Assembly: GCA_014361165.1 (NCBI GenBank)
Contig: JACIWD010000079.1
Coordinates: 1-34,630, forward strand
DNA from: Candidatus Mnemosynella bozhongmuii
GTDB lineage: Archaea > Halobacteriota > Archaeoglobi > Mnemosynellales > Mnemosynellaceae
Direction: 5' to 3'
DNA: 34,630 bases
Program-made: the position numbers and the translations under genes
Shown here: piece by piece, positions 9,726 to 17,751 of the stretch
How the letters are laid out: every line of letters begins with the position of its first letter
How positions within the stretch are numbered: the stretch's first letter is position 1
The notes under the pieces: generated by a model
What the model was told of the DNA's origin: nothing
Seen by the model: the letters and a program-made list of their open reading frames with translations, nothing else
Databases searched by the model: none

Positions 9726-11083
9726 CAGCTCAACCTCCTGAAGTTTGAAGCTCCCTCATACCATCTCGCAATCTCGAGAAGTCTCCTCTCTCCGAATCTC
9801 CTTCCTATGAGCTGAAGACCAACCGGAAGTCCATCTGAGAGCCCACATGGGACTGAGATGGCAGGAACTCCGGCCAAATTGACAGGAACTGTGTTGACGT
9901 CTGCCATGTAAAGAGACAGAGGATCTTTAATCTCTCCTATCTTTGGTGCCACGAAGGGCATCGTCGGAGTTGCGAGAACATCAAACTTCTTGAGAGCTCT
10001 TTCAAACTCCTCTTTGATGAGCCTTCTGACCTTAAGCGCTTTCAGATAATATCTTCCGTAATACCCCTTTGAGAGAGCATAGGTTCCCAGAAGAATCCTC
10101 CTCTTTACCTCCTTTCCAAAACCTTCTGCTCTTATCTTCGATATCGTGCTCTCAAAGTCCTCGTCATTCTCAAATCTCAAACCATATCGAATTCCATCAT
10201 ATCTGGCGAGATTTGAAGAAGCTTCACTCATTGCAATTATGTAATAGGCTGGAAGCGCATACCTCATGTATCTCATCGAAATTTCCTCGTATTCAGCTCC
10301 GAGATCTTCCATGAGCTTTATTGCATTCCAGACTTCCCTCTCAACTCCTTCATCAACCCCCTCTCCAAAGAACTCCTTCGGAACACCGATCCTCACCTTT
10401 CCGACATCCTCTCTCAGAGGGAGAACATCCTCCGAGTCCATTGAAGTCGCATCCCTCTCATCCCTTCCCTTTATGATGTTGAAGATGATGGCAACATCCT
10501 CAACTGTATTTCCGAAGACCCCTATCTGCTCGAGAGAATTTGCATAGGCAATCAGTCCGTATCTCGAGACAGCGCCGTATGTTGGCTTCAGACCCACTAT
10601 TCCGCAGAAAGAGGCCGGGCATCTGACAGAACCGCCCGTATCTGATCCGAGAGCTGCTGGAACGACTCCTCCAGCCACTGCAGCAGCACTGCCTCCGGAG
10701 GAGCCACCTGCAACTCTCCTCTTATCCCATGGATTTCTCACAGGGCCAAAATAGCTTGTTTCCGAGGTTGTTCCCATTGCAAACTCGTCCATGTTGGTCT
10801 TTCCCACGATTGAGGCGCCGGAGTTCTTCAGAAGCTCCACAACATGTGCGTCGTAAGGTGGAACATAGCCTTTAAGGATGCGGGATGCACAGGTTGTTTC
10901 GATACCCTTTGTGGAGATGTTGTCCTTCACCGCCACCGGAAGTCCTCTCAGCTCTCCCTCGGAGAGAGCTGCCTGTTCATTCACCGTTATAAACTCGTTG
11001 AACTCATTTCTTTTCGCTCTCTCAATGATTCTGAGGAGAGCCCCTTCTTTATCCTCGATTTCCATCCATTCCCGAATCATCAT
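9725..11083 (-). CDS. gatA: Asp-tRNA(Asn)/Glu-tRNA(Gln) amidotransferase subunit A
   Basis: Amidase signature [12 protein letters not shown], plus KDNI and TNMDEFAMG. Confidence 0.95.
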   Translation of the reverse strand: MMIREWMEIEDKEGALLRIIERAKRNEFNEFITVNEQAALSEGELRGLPVAVKDNISTKGIETTCASRILKGYVPPYDAHVVELLKNSGASIVGKTNMDEFAMGTTSETSYFGPVRNPWDKRRVAGGSSGGSAAAVAGGVVPAALGSDTGGSVRCPASFCGIVGLKPTYGAVSRYGLIAYANSLEQIGVFGNTVEDVAIIFNIIKGRDERDATSMDSEDVLPLREDVGKVRIGVPKEFFGEGVDEGVEREVWNAIKLMEDLGAEYEEISMRYMRYALPAYYIIAMSEASSNLARYDGIRYGLRFENDEDFESTISKIRAEGFGKEVKRRILLGTYALSKGYYGRYYLKALKVRRLIKEEFERALKKFDVLATPTMPFVAPKIGEIKDPLSLYMADVNTVPVNLAGVPAISVPCGLSDGLPVGLQLIGRRFGERRLLEIARWYEGASNFRRLS

Positions 11084-11358
11084 ACTATCCTCGGCCCCTT
11101 GAAATATCCGTTTTCTTTCTTCGGAGCATTTCTGAGAACTTCCTCTCTTGGGAGAGGCTCCTCGGTCTCATCCTCTCTGAAAACATTCTTCAGCTCATTC
11201 ACATGATAGAGAGGTTCCACATCCTCCTGAACTTCATCCAGAACAGAGAAATATTCGAGTATCTTTGAGAGCTCCTCTCCAAGCTCCTTAATTTCCTCCT
11301 CCTCAAGATGAATCCTCGCAAGCCATGAAACATGTTTCACGGTTTCCTCATCAATCAT
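11080..11358 (-). CDS. gatC: Asp-tRNA(Asn)/Glu-tRNA(Gln) amidotransferase subunit C
   Basis: 92-aa acidic protein (VKHVSWLARIHLEEEEI...) placed immediately upstream of gatA, with 4-nt overlaps on both sides. Confidence 0.88.
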   Translation of the reverse strand: MIDEETVKHVSWLARIHLEEEEIKELGEELSKILEYFSVLDEVQEDVEPLYHVNELKNVFREDETEEPLPREEVLRNAPKKENGYFKGPRIV

Positions 11359-12443
11359 TTCGACTCAACCTCCAGATAGTCTTTCAATCCTTTAAAACCC
11401 TTCCTTTTAATGATTTTCCTCATGAGCTTCAAAATTCCGGTGCTGTACTGAATTGCCTTCTTCTCCTTCCATGCTAGCTCTCCCGGTATGAATTTTTCTG
11501 CAACTCTCCTGAGGATGTATTTGCGCACCCCATTCCTTATCTTCAGCTCCGGCGAGATCTTCAGAGCAGTCTCTATGACATGAGGCTGCAGAAATGGATA
11601 TCGCGGGTGAAGATCCTCGAGAAGGACAATTGAGCTGTCTCTTGCCAAGCCAACATCAAGCTCATTCAGATCTCTGAGAAGCTCTTCATCCAGATTTTCT
11701 GAACTGAGATAGCGGGAATATCCTCCGAAGAGCTCATCTGCACCCTGACCCATTATCAGAACTCTCTCTCCGCTCTCTCTCACAAACTCTGAGAGAAGAA
11801 GCAGAGGAACTCCTATGGAGATGTCCAGCGGATTTCTGAAACCGAGCTCCAGAAGCCTGTTCATGGCTCTCCCAACATCCTCCTCAGAGACGACTCTGAG
11901 ATTCAGCGACCTTCCGAGAATTCCAGCGGCTCTGGGAAGCCATTTTTCATCGTGACTTCCTTCAGCACAGATTGAGAAGAGCTCTCCATCACAGAGAGCC
12001 TGGAGCAGAGAGCTGTCAAGACCTCCTGAAAATGCAATGGCACCTCTTGCCTGAATTCTCTCAAGGGCTTCGGAGAGAATTCTGATGGCCTCATTTTCAT
12101 CTGAAATTCTCTTTGGAGGATAGGAGAACTTCCTCCTCTCTCTCAGAACCTCTCCGGAAAGTTTCAGAACCTCGCCCGCACGAACGGTTCTCGAGTTCTT
12201 AGATGGGAATGTGGAGAAACCTGAGGGAGAGAGGAAGAGAGGATAAACACCTGTTTGACCTCTTGCGCCGATAATTTCGCTGCCGACAAGAGCTGCTGAG
12301 AACTCTCCCTCAAGTTTCAGCAGCCACTCGAGAGGGTCTCCCTCAAAATCAACCTCCTCTCCGAGATAATACACCTTCCAGGAGTTCTTCTCAATTCTGA
12401 GGACATTCGAAGAGAAATCTGAGGATGTGTCGAAACCTATCAT
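11355..12443 (-). CDS. Asparagine synthetase-related PP-loop protein with truncated/degenerate N-terminal glutaminase domain
   Basis: PP-loop AFSGGLDSSLL, GQGADELFGGY, and an AsnB-type C-terminal domain. The N-terminus is MIGFD, so it lacks the Cys2 nucleophile (no MCG), and only about 110 aa precede the PP-loop region. Confidence 0.8.
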   Translation of the reverse strand: MIGFDTSSDFSSNVLRIEKNSWKVYYLGEEVDFEGDPLEWLLKLEGEFSAALVGSEIIGARGQTGVYPLFLSPSGFSTFPSKNSRTVRAGEVLKLSGEVLRERRKFSYPPKRISDENEAIRILSEALERIQARGAIAFSGGLDSSLLQALCDGELFSICAEGSHDEKWLPRAAGILGRSLNLRVVSEEDVGRAMNRLLELGFRNPLDISIGVPLLLLSEFVRESGERVLIMGQGADELFGGYSRYLSSENLDEELLRDLNELDVGLARDSSIVLLEDLHPRYPFLQPHVIETALKISPELKIRNGVRKYILRRVAEKFIPGELAWKEKKAIQYSTGILKLMRKIIKRKGFKGLKDYLEVESK

Positions 12444-13777
12444 CCCTCTCTCCTGATTTTTTCTATCACCATCTCAATCTGCTGAACAGCGGTTCCGAGA
12501 TAGTTCTCGGGATTCATCAGTTCTGATATCTCTTTCTCGCTGAGATGTCTTCTCACTTCCTCGTCCTCCATCAGAATCTCCTTGAAATGTCTTCCCGTTT
12601 CATAAACTTTCATTGAGCATCTTCTCAGAATCTCATGGGCCCTCTGCCTGCCAACTCCTTTCTTTGCGAGAGCTATCATTATGGCTTCCGCCATGTTGAC
12701 CCCCTTCATCAGCTCGAGATTTCTTCTCATGTTCTCGGGATACACTCTTATTCCGCTGAAAACCCTGATGGCCTGAGTCAGAATGTGGTCAAGAAGAACA
12801 AATGCATCAACGAACATGACTCTTTCGGCAGAAGAATTCGTGAGATCCCTCTCCTCCCACAGAACATTGTTCTGAAGAGCGACATCAACCATGCTTCTCA
12901 CTATTCTTGCGAGACCGCAGATGTTCTCGCATCTTATCGGATTTCTCTTATGGGGCATTGTTGAACTTCCAACCTGCTTTTCGCCGAAACCCTCCTCCAT
13001 TTCCCTTATTTCGCTTCTCTGAAGATTTCTCACTGTTGTGCAGAACTTGTCGAGAGAGGTTGCAATGTTTGCAAGAAGCATGATGACCTCTGCGTGAATA
13101 TCTCGCTGAATCACCTGATTGGCTATATCCACCGGTTTCAGTCCGAGAATCTCCATGGTTCTTTTCTGAACCTCAAGACCTCTTTCTCCAAGAGATGCCT
13201 GTGTTCCCACAGCCCCTCCTATCTTTCCGACGAGAGCCCTCTCCCTGATCTCTCTGAGCCTCTTCAGATGTCTGTGAAGCTCGGATGCCCAGAGTGCAAA
13301 TCTGTGACCGAGAGTTGTCGGTATTCCTATCTGACCGTGAGTTCTTCCAGCGCAAACAGTTCTCTTGTGCTTCTCGGCAAGCTCAACAAAGATGTCTCTC
13401 AGATTCTTCAGCTTTCTCTCTATTATCTCAAAGCTCTCCCTGAGCTGAAGTGCAAGAGATGTGTCGAGAATGTCATTCGAGGTTGCACCGAAATGAATCC
13501 ATTCTCCGGCTTCGCCGCACAGCTCGGCCATGGCTCTAACAACAGACATCACATCATGGTGAATCTCTGCTTCAATTTCCTTCACCCTCTCGACACTCAC
13601 CCTTCCTCTGCATTTCTCTATCTCCTCCGCAGCCCACCGGGGAATCAGTCCGAGTTCTGCCTCAGCTCTTGCGAGAGCAATCTCAACCTCAACCATCAGA
13701 TTGAGTTTGTTCTCCTCACTCCATATCCTCTTCATTTCCTCTGTCCCGTATCGATACTCAACTGGATGAAGAGCCAT
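12440..13777 (-). CDS. purB: Adenylosuccinate lyase
   Basis: Fumarate-lyase signature GSSTMPHKRNP; overall PurB-like sequence (RYGTEEM..., TSNDILDT). Confidence 0.93.
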   Translation of the reverse strand: MALHPVEYRYGTEEMKRIWSEENKLNLMVEVEIALARAEAELGLIPRWAAEEIEKCRGRVSVERVKEIEAEIHHDVMSVVRAMAELCGEAGEWIHFGATSNDILDTSLALQLRESFEIIERKLKNLRDIFVELAEKHKRTVCAGRTHGQIGIPTTLGHRFALWASELHRHLKRLREIRERALVGKIGGAVGTQASLGERGLEVQKRTMEILGLKPVDIANQVIQRDIHAEVIMLLANIATSLDKFCTTVRNLQRSEIREMEEGFGEKQVGSSTMPHKRNPIRCENICGLARIVRSMVDVALQNNVLWEERDLTNSSAERVMFVDAFVLLDHILTQAIRVFSGIRVYPENMRRNLELMKGVNMAEAIMIALAKKGVGRQRAHEILRRCSMKVYETGRHFKEILMEDEEVRRHLSEKEISELMNPENYLGTAVQQIEMVIEKIRREG

Positions 13778-13842
13778 TGTGAGTCACCGTAGAAGAGTGA
13801 GTGGAGATGTTTAAAAATGTTTCACGTTAATACCACCACAAC

Positions 13843-13848
13843 CTTTAT
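13843..13848 (+). promoter_or_regulatory. TATA-box-like element (TTTATA) upstream of tRNA-Ser
   Basis: About 30 nt upstream of the mature tRNA 5' end, in an AT-rich spacer. A second A/T box (TTTAAAAAT, 13810-13818) lies about 35 nt upstream of the divergent purB ATG. Confidence 0.4.
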
Positions 13849-13878
13849 ACTTTGAAGTGGAAAATCTCCCTTTCAGCT

Positions 13879-13964
13879 GCCGGGGTAGCTAAGTGGACCA
13901 AAGCGCCGGCCTTGAGAGCCGGTGGTGCTTATGCACCGCGTGGGTTCGAATCCCACCCCCGGCG
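13879..13964 (+). tRNA. tRNA-Ser (anticodon UGA), class II with long variable arm, no encoded CCA
   Basis: Manual cloverleaf. Acceptor GCCGGGG/CCCCGGC; 3-bp D stem GCU/AGC with a GG loop. Anticodon stem CCGGC/GCCGG with loop CUUGAGA (UGA). Variable stem GGUGC/GCACC; T arm GUGGG-UUCGAAU-CCCAC; discriminator G. Confidence 0.9.
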
Positions 13965-14089
13965 TGTTTTTCGGGATTCAGGAACTCTCGGAGACGGTTT
14001 TCGAGAAAAGTCGAGAGGTTGAGCCCCAATTCCTTCGCTTCCCGATATAATTCCTCATCCAGAGAGACGTGAATTCTCTTCTTTCCCAT
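13889..14089 (-). CDS. Ribbon-helix-helix (CopG/antitoxin-like) small protein; the last ~25 codons run antisense through tRNA-Ser
   Basis: MGKKRIHVSLDEELYREAKELGLNLSTFLENRLREFL follows the RHH pattern (beta strand, then two helices). A GGTGA SD precedes ATG 14089. The ORF only terminates inside the tRNA antisense sequence. No partner toxin gene is present. Confidence 0.5.
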   Translation of the reverse strand: MGKKRIHVSLDEELYREAKELGLNLSTFLENRLREFLNPEKHAGGGIRTHAVHKHHRLSRPALWST

Positions 14090-14679
14090 GGTCATCACCC
14101 ACCGTGAGCCACTCTGACCCACGATAGCCGGTTGCTATTCCGGGGGCTTATCACTCTTCCTCAATACCGGTTTGTGCAAGGAGAATGGGGTGGATTGAAA
14201 CTTGTATGGCAATGTGTGACATGCCAGAGGATACGTGCGGGTTTGGGTTTTTGAAGAGGCAGTTTTCCACATGCGCGGTTGTGAGAAAAGAGATCAATAT
14301 ATCGACACCTTCTTTATGCGGAGTCTTCCTCCTCTTCCGAAGTGGTGTCGGTCATTTCCTCGAGGACTTCCTGGTCAAAAACTTTCGAAAGGAGAGCTCC
14401 GACGTGAGTTAAAACTTTAAGAGCTTTATCCGAATCTTCACTTAAGGGTGTGTATCGTTTTGCATTCAAAATATTATTGCTAATCAGGAAAATTTTCATA
14501 CTTGCTTATATCGACAATTTGAGACGGATTATCAACGTATTTAGCCAAATATCGAATTTTAACATTCGTCACTAAAGTGAGATCTCGTAAAATTTTTACA
14601 TGAATATAAATAACAATTATTGTAATTCTCGGCATTTCATCACCTTTAAAAAAGCCTCTGAAAAGGAGGAAGATAAAGT

Positions 14680-15939
14680 ATGGAAGGAACTAAAAGAATT
14701 CTCTCAATAGTGATGGCAGCAGTAATGGTGCTCTCAGTCTTCGCAGGGCTTGCAGTGATTCCGGCAAAGGCGTACTACACAGGTGCAACCGTCCTCAACG
14801 ACTCAATAGTGATGGGTGAGAAGCTCCACGTTCAGCTAACTGGAGCTGCTGAAGCGATAACAGTTAAGGCAGTTGGAGTTTCCGGCGATGCTGAAGGACA
14901 GGTCGTCATTCTCTATTCTGGCACACCTTCAGACAATGAGCTCCAGCTTGCAACTAAGGACATCATAACAAAAAGTGGAGAATACAATGTCACTGTAACA
15001 AACAGCACTTCCCTTCTTGGCTACAGAGTAGTTGCCGTCTCAGAACCAGTGCTCACTGCAAAGCTCAATGATGCAACCGCAAATAAGGATGACGTTTCAA
15101 GCTTCATAAAAGGACACACCGTTTACATCAACGGAACTTCAAATGCCGGAATCGAGTATGTGAGGGTTTACGATTCGAACAATGTCATCAAGTTTGAGGC
15201 AAAGACCTCTGTGAACTATTCCGGAGGAATCAATTACTGGGTTCTTGCTGATGACTCTGGAAGAACTCTAAGCGGTCTCGGTAAGGGAACCTACACTCTT
15301 GAGGTTAAGGACAAGGTTGGAACAAAGATCACGAAGACCTTCGAGGTTGTTGAAGATGAAACAAATAATATACCAAACGTTGTGCTGAGCCTCAGCTCAG
15401 ATGCAAAGCCGAAGAACTCAACCGTTATGATTTTTGTAAGCACCACGAATGCGGAATTCCACGGTCTTAACCTCACTTTGACCTTCGATTCAAGCGTCAT
15501 AAGTTTCATTAACGTCGCATCGCTCGTCGGCGGAAACATTTACAATAGCTCAAGTGAGGGTAGAGTTTCCGTGGTCTTAGTTAATACTGACGGCATCAAT
15601 GCTCTAAACGAAACGAAGATAATCGAGATAAAATTCAAGGTCATTGGAGAGCCCGGAGATTTCACATGGCTGAATGTAACAGGGGCGGAATTTGCCCTTC
15701 GTTCCGAACAGCTTTTCAGTCCTGATGAAATAAGGAATGGGTCTGTAAGGGTAACGATGAAGGGAGACTTCAACGGGAACGATAGGATTGACATAGGAGA
15801 TATAGTGCATGTTGCATTCATTGTCGTCGGAAAGTTACCTTCTGATGAAGCAGCGGACTTTAACGGAAACGAAGAAGTTGACATCGGCGATCTTGCGAAG
15901 ATAGCATACTATCTGCTAGGCAAGGTTGATGAACTATGA
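14680..15939 (+). CDS. Secreted protein with two Ig-like modules, a cohesin domain and a C-terminal type-I-like dockerin
   Basis: Sec-type signal peptide (LSIVMAAVMVLSVFAGLAVIPAKA|YY). Cohesin-like segment (HGLNLTLTFDSSVISF...IIEIKFKVIGEPGD...NGSVRV). Two Ca-binding dockerin repeats (GDFNGNDRIDIGDIVHVAFIVVGK; ADFNGNEEVDIGDLAKIAYYLLGK). GGAGG SD 9 nt upstream. Confidence 0.85.
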   Translation: MEGTKRILSIVMAAVMVLSVFAGLAVIPAKAYYTGATVLNDSIVMGEKLHVQLTGAAEAITVKAVGVSGDAEGQVVILYSGTPSDNELQLATKDIITKSGEYNVTVTNSTSLLGYRVVAVSEPVLTAKLNDATANKDDVSSFIKGHTVYINGTSNAGIEYVRVYDSNNVIKFEAKTSVNYSGGINYWVLADDSGRTLSGLGKGTYTLEVKDKVGTKITKTFEVVEDETNNIPNVVLSLSSDAKPKNSTVMIFVSTTNAEFHGLNLTLTFDSSVISFINVASLVGGNIYNSSSEGRVSVVLVNTDGINALNETKIIEIKFKVIGEPGDFTWLNVTGAEFALRSEQLFSPDEIRNGSVRVTMKGDFNGNDRIDIGDIVHVAFIVVGKLPSDEAADFNGNEEVDIGDLAKIAYYLLGKVDEL

Positions 15940-15956
15940 GGTATGATCCACAAATT

Positions 15957-15983
15957 ATATTTTTAATTTTTTTATTTAAATTT
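15957..15983 (+). terminator. Oligo-T rich tract downstream of the cohesin-dockerin gene, followed by a 6-bp inverted repeat (AGATCC-n6-GGATCT, ~16005-16022)
   Basis: TATTTTTAATTTTTTTATTTAAATTT begins 18 nt after the stop. Archaeal termination typically uses T-tracts. Confidence 0.4.
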
Positions 15984-16277
15984 AACTCCTCTTCGAGATC
16001 CCATTATGGATCTGCATGATACAAAAGAGGGTTTCCTAATACTGAAGATTACATTTCTTCACAGGGGACAAAACTCTTTTGAAAAATTTAAAAAGAAGAT
16101 CTGAGAACATCCACCATCTGGCTGCAGGGATCTCAGGATTTTACCCAGATGGAATTCTCTTTCCGATCGAAGAAAACGATGCACAGTTCAAAACCATTAA
16201 ACGAATTTCGAAGGACTTTCAGGAAATTATTCTTTGAAATGATAAATTTTTACATTATTACTCTTAATGATTATTTT

Positions 16278-17001
16278 TTATTCAAAGTAAGGTCTCCAAT
16301 CTATTGCATAAATATCGGAACGGGTAGCGGTTATTAAAATGTGGAAGAAAAATTTTGAAAAAGAAAATGGGTAATCAGTTGTAACAATTATCTCATCACC
16401 TGTTCTCTTCCATACGAATCCATCATTTTTGTAAATTAGATCTTTATCTAATATGTAAACTGCATCAGGCATTATTGAATAAAGTTCAGACTTAGATAAC
16501 TTTTTCTCTTCAAGATATTGCTCGTAATATTCTATCAATTTGTCTTTGCTTGGACCACTATAGGCAAAGATATATGAGAATACATATCCAGCTTTTTCTC
16601 CGACAGCAAATGGTTGTATCTTACTTTCTAATTTTTTAACGCTAGCAATATTATCTAAACTTTTTTTAAACTCACTATAATTCAGTGTAGATTTTATTTC
16701 AAACGTGCTGTTAACACCCTCGATAAAGAGCATCGAAACATCAGAGGATATAGACAATTTTGGAAAATCTCTACGGTAAACAACAATATCTTTGTTGTGA
16801 AGATCGATTTCCTTTTGAATCAATAATCTCCCCAGAAGTAATCTCAAAAACTGACGGAAGATGAAATTCCAATACATTTTTTACAAAATATTCACGAAGT
16901 CTTCCCAAGTCATAGGGAGACTCCCACTGTGATGAAGAATTATAAAAAGCTCTCAAAATATCAGGTAATGAATTGACGTATCGTATAAGGATATCATTCA
17001 T
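16278..17001 (-). pseudogene. Frameshifted PD-(D/E)xK nuclease-like gene (DUF6602-like), two ORFs 17001-16771 and 16877-16278
   Basis: The upstream ORF ends ...GRLREYFVKNVLEFHLPSVFEITSGEIIDSKGNRSSQQ and the downstream frame continues DIVVYRRDFPKL...FIEGVNSTFEIKSTL. This gives the E...S.Q.D-I-V-hy...E-x-K arrangement. One extra base in the T3 run at 16791-16793 (A3 on the coding strand) separates the frames; removing it gives a 240-aa protein. Very AT-rich. Confidence 0.65.
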
Positions 17002-17005
17002 TTCT

Positions 17006-17245
17006 TTATCCCTTTTTCTTATCCTTGCTAGTCCTATATAATGCTTTTGATACTATAATCAAGTCATGTGAAGATAACAACCTCCAATAATTATAAAGAG
17101 CAGCAAAAATATCTAATAAGTTTTGAACAGAATTAAAGGAACTGTTGAAAGGAAATCTGTTGTTAAATCTCTTCGCCCTCTCTTTAAGCCGAGAAAACAG
17201 GCTCTCTATGGAGATTCTTCTTCCAAAAGTTTCATGTTTAATATT
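17006..17245 (-). mobile_element. C-terminal remnant of a DDE-type transposase (no start codon, about 79 codons)
   Basis: My translation: NIKHETFGRRISIESLFSRLKERAKRFNNRFPFNSSFNSVQNLLDIFAALYNYWR...KKKG*. The [IV]E-x-[LF]F-x-x-LK-x-R...F...YN box is characteristic of transposase C-termini. It is preceded by an in-frame TGA at 17248-17246. Another frame (17321-17246) may hold further remnant codons. Family not assignable. Confidence 0.45.
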
Positions 17246-17321
17246 TCACCACTTTTTTGAGGAGAACGTAGGCATGAAAGCTGTTCCTTTCGTCAAAACT
17301 GAAAAATACCATAAAGAGGAG

Positions 17322-17681
17322 CTACTTCTGAAGATACTTTTCTATTGTTTCGAGAAGTACCCTCCTTCTGAAAGGTTTTTCAACAATTTCAAGAGCTCCT
17401 GCTTTCAGGAGAATGTTCCTGTGAGTTCTCGCATATGCGGTAACTCCAATAATTTTGGCATCAGGATCATATTTCTTTATTTCCCTGGTTGCATCCACCC
17501 CGTTCATAACAGGCATTATTATGTCCATCAAGACAACATCCGGCTTGTGACTCTTGTATAACTGAACAGCTTCTTCTCCGTTTGTTGCGGTTATCACCTC
17601 ATACTTCTCCTCCAAAACGAGTTTCAGGGTCTCAAGAACATTCCTGTCATCATCAACCACAAGAATTTTCCGCCTTCCCAT
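17322..17681 (-). CDS. Stand-alone CheY-like response regulator receiver domain
   Basis: KILVVDDD (acidic pocket), VLMDIIMP (phospho-acceptor Asp), IIGVTAY (Thr), EKPF (Lys). 119 aa with no output domain. Confidence 0.9.
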   Translation of the reverse strand: MGRRKILVVDDDRNVLETLKLVLEEKYEVITATNGEEAVQLYKSHKPDVVLMDIIMPVMNGVDATREIKKYDPDAKIIGVTAYARTHRNILLKAGALEIVEKPFRRRVLLETIEKYLQK

Positions 17682-17751
17682 GAATTACCACCGTAAAAAG
17701 CTTTTCGTTCTCCGGCCTTTTAAGTATTTTCCTTTCTCTTTTGAAATTTCT

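Noticed and set aside
13094-13792. 232-aa ORF on the + strand. Similar long antisense ORFs occur at 33058-33792(-), 4625-5113(+), 8262-8786(+), 1989-2492(-), 26652-27113(+) and 30470-30979(+).
   Set aside because: Each lies entirely antisense to a gene with strong family motifs (purB, the RecJ-partner gene, tsr3/rpl40e, gatB, LutB-like, PK_C-like, argJ). The translations are Ser/Leu/Pro-rich and low-complexity with no recognisable motifs. These are typical shadow ORFs of GAG/GAA/CTC-rich coding DNA.
14185-14420. Two overlapping + strand ORFs (75 and 61 aa) and a Cys/His-rich minus-strand frame at 14100-14310.
   Set aside because: No start context, no motifs, and they mutually overlap. The region may be a degraded remnant or non-coding. 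I could not fold it into a convincing RNA structure by eye.
14314-14499. 61-aa ORF (MKIFLISNNILNAK...TSEEEEDSA) in the gap after the RHH gene.
   Set aside because: Composition changes abruptly mid-ORF (AT-rich 5' half, host-like 3' half), and there is no family match or SD. It is more likely a chance ORF spanning an insertion boundary or a gene remnant. It is mentioned under the island finding only.
16149-16337. 62-aa + strand ORF and a 27-codon ORF starting at 15936 after the cohesin-dockerin gene.
   Set aside because: These are AT-rich, low-complexity translations (Phe/Ile/Asn/Lys). The first overlaps the nuclease pseudogene 3' end, and there is no start context.
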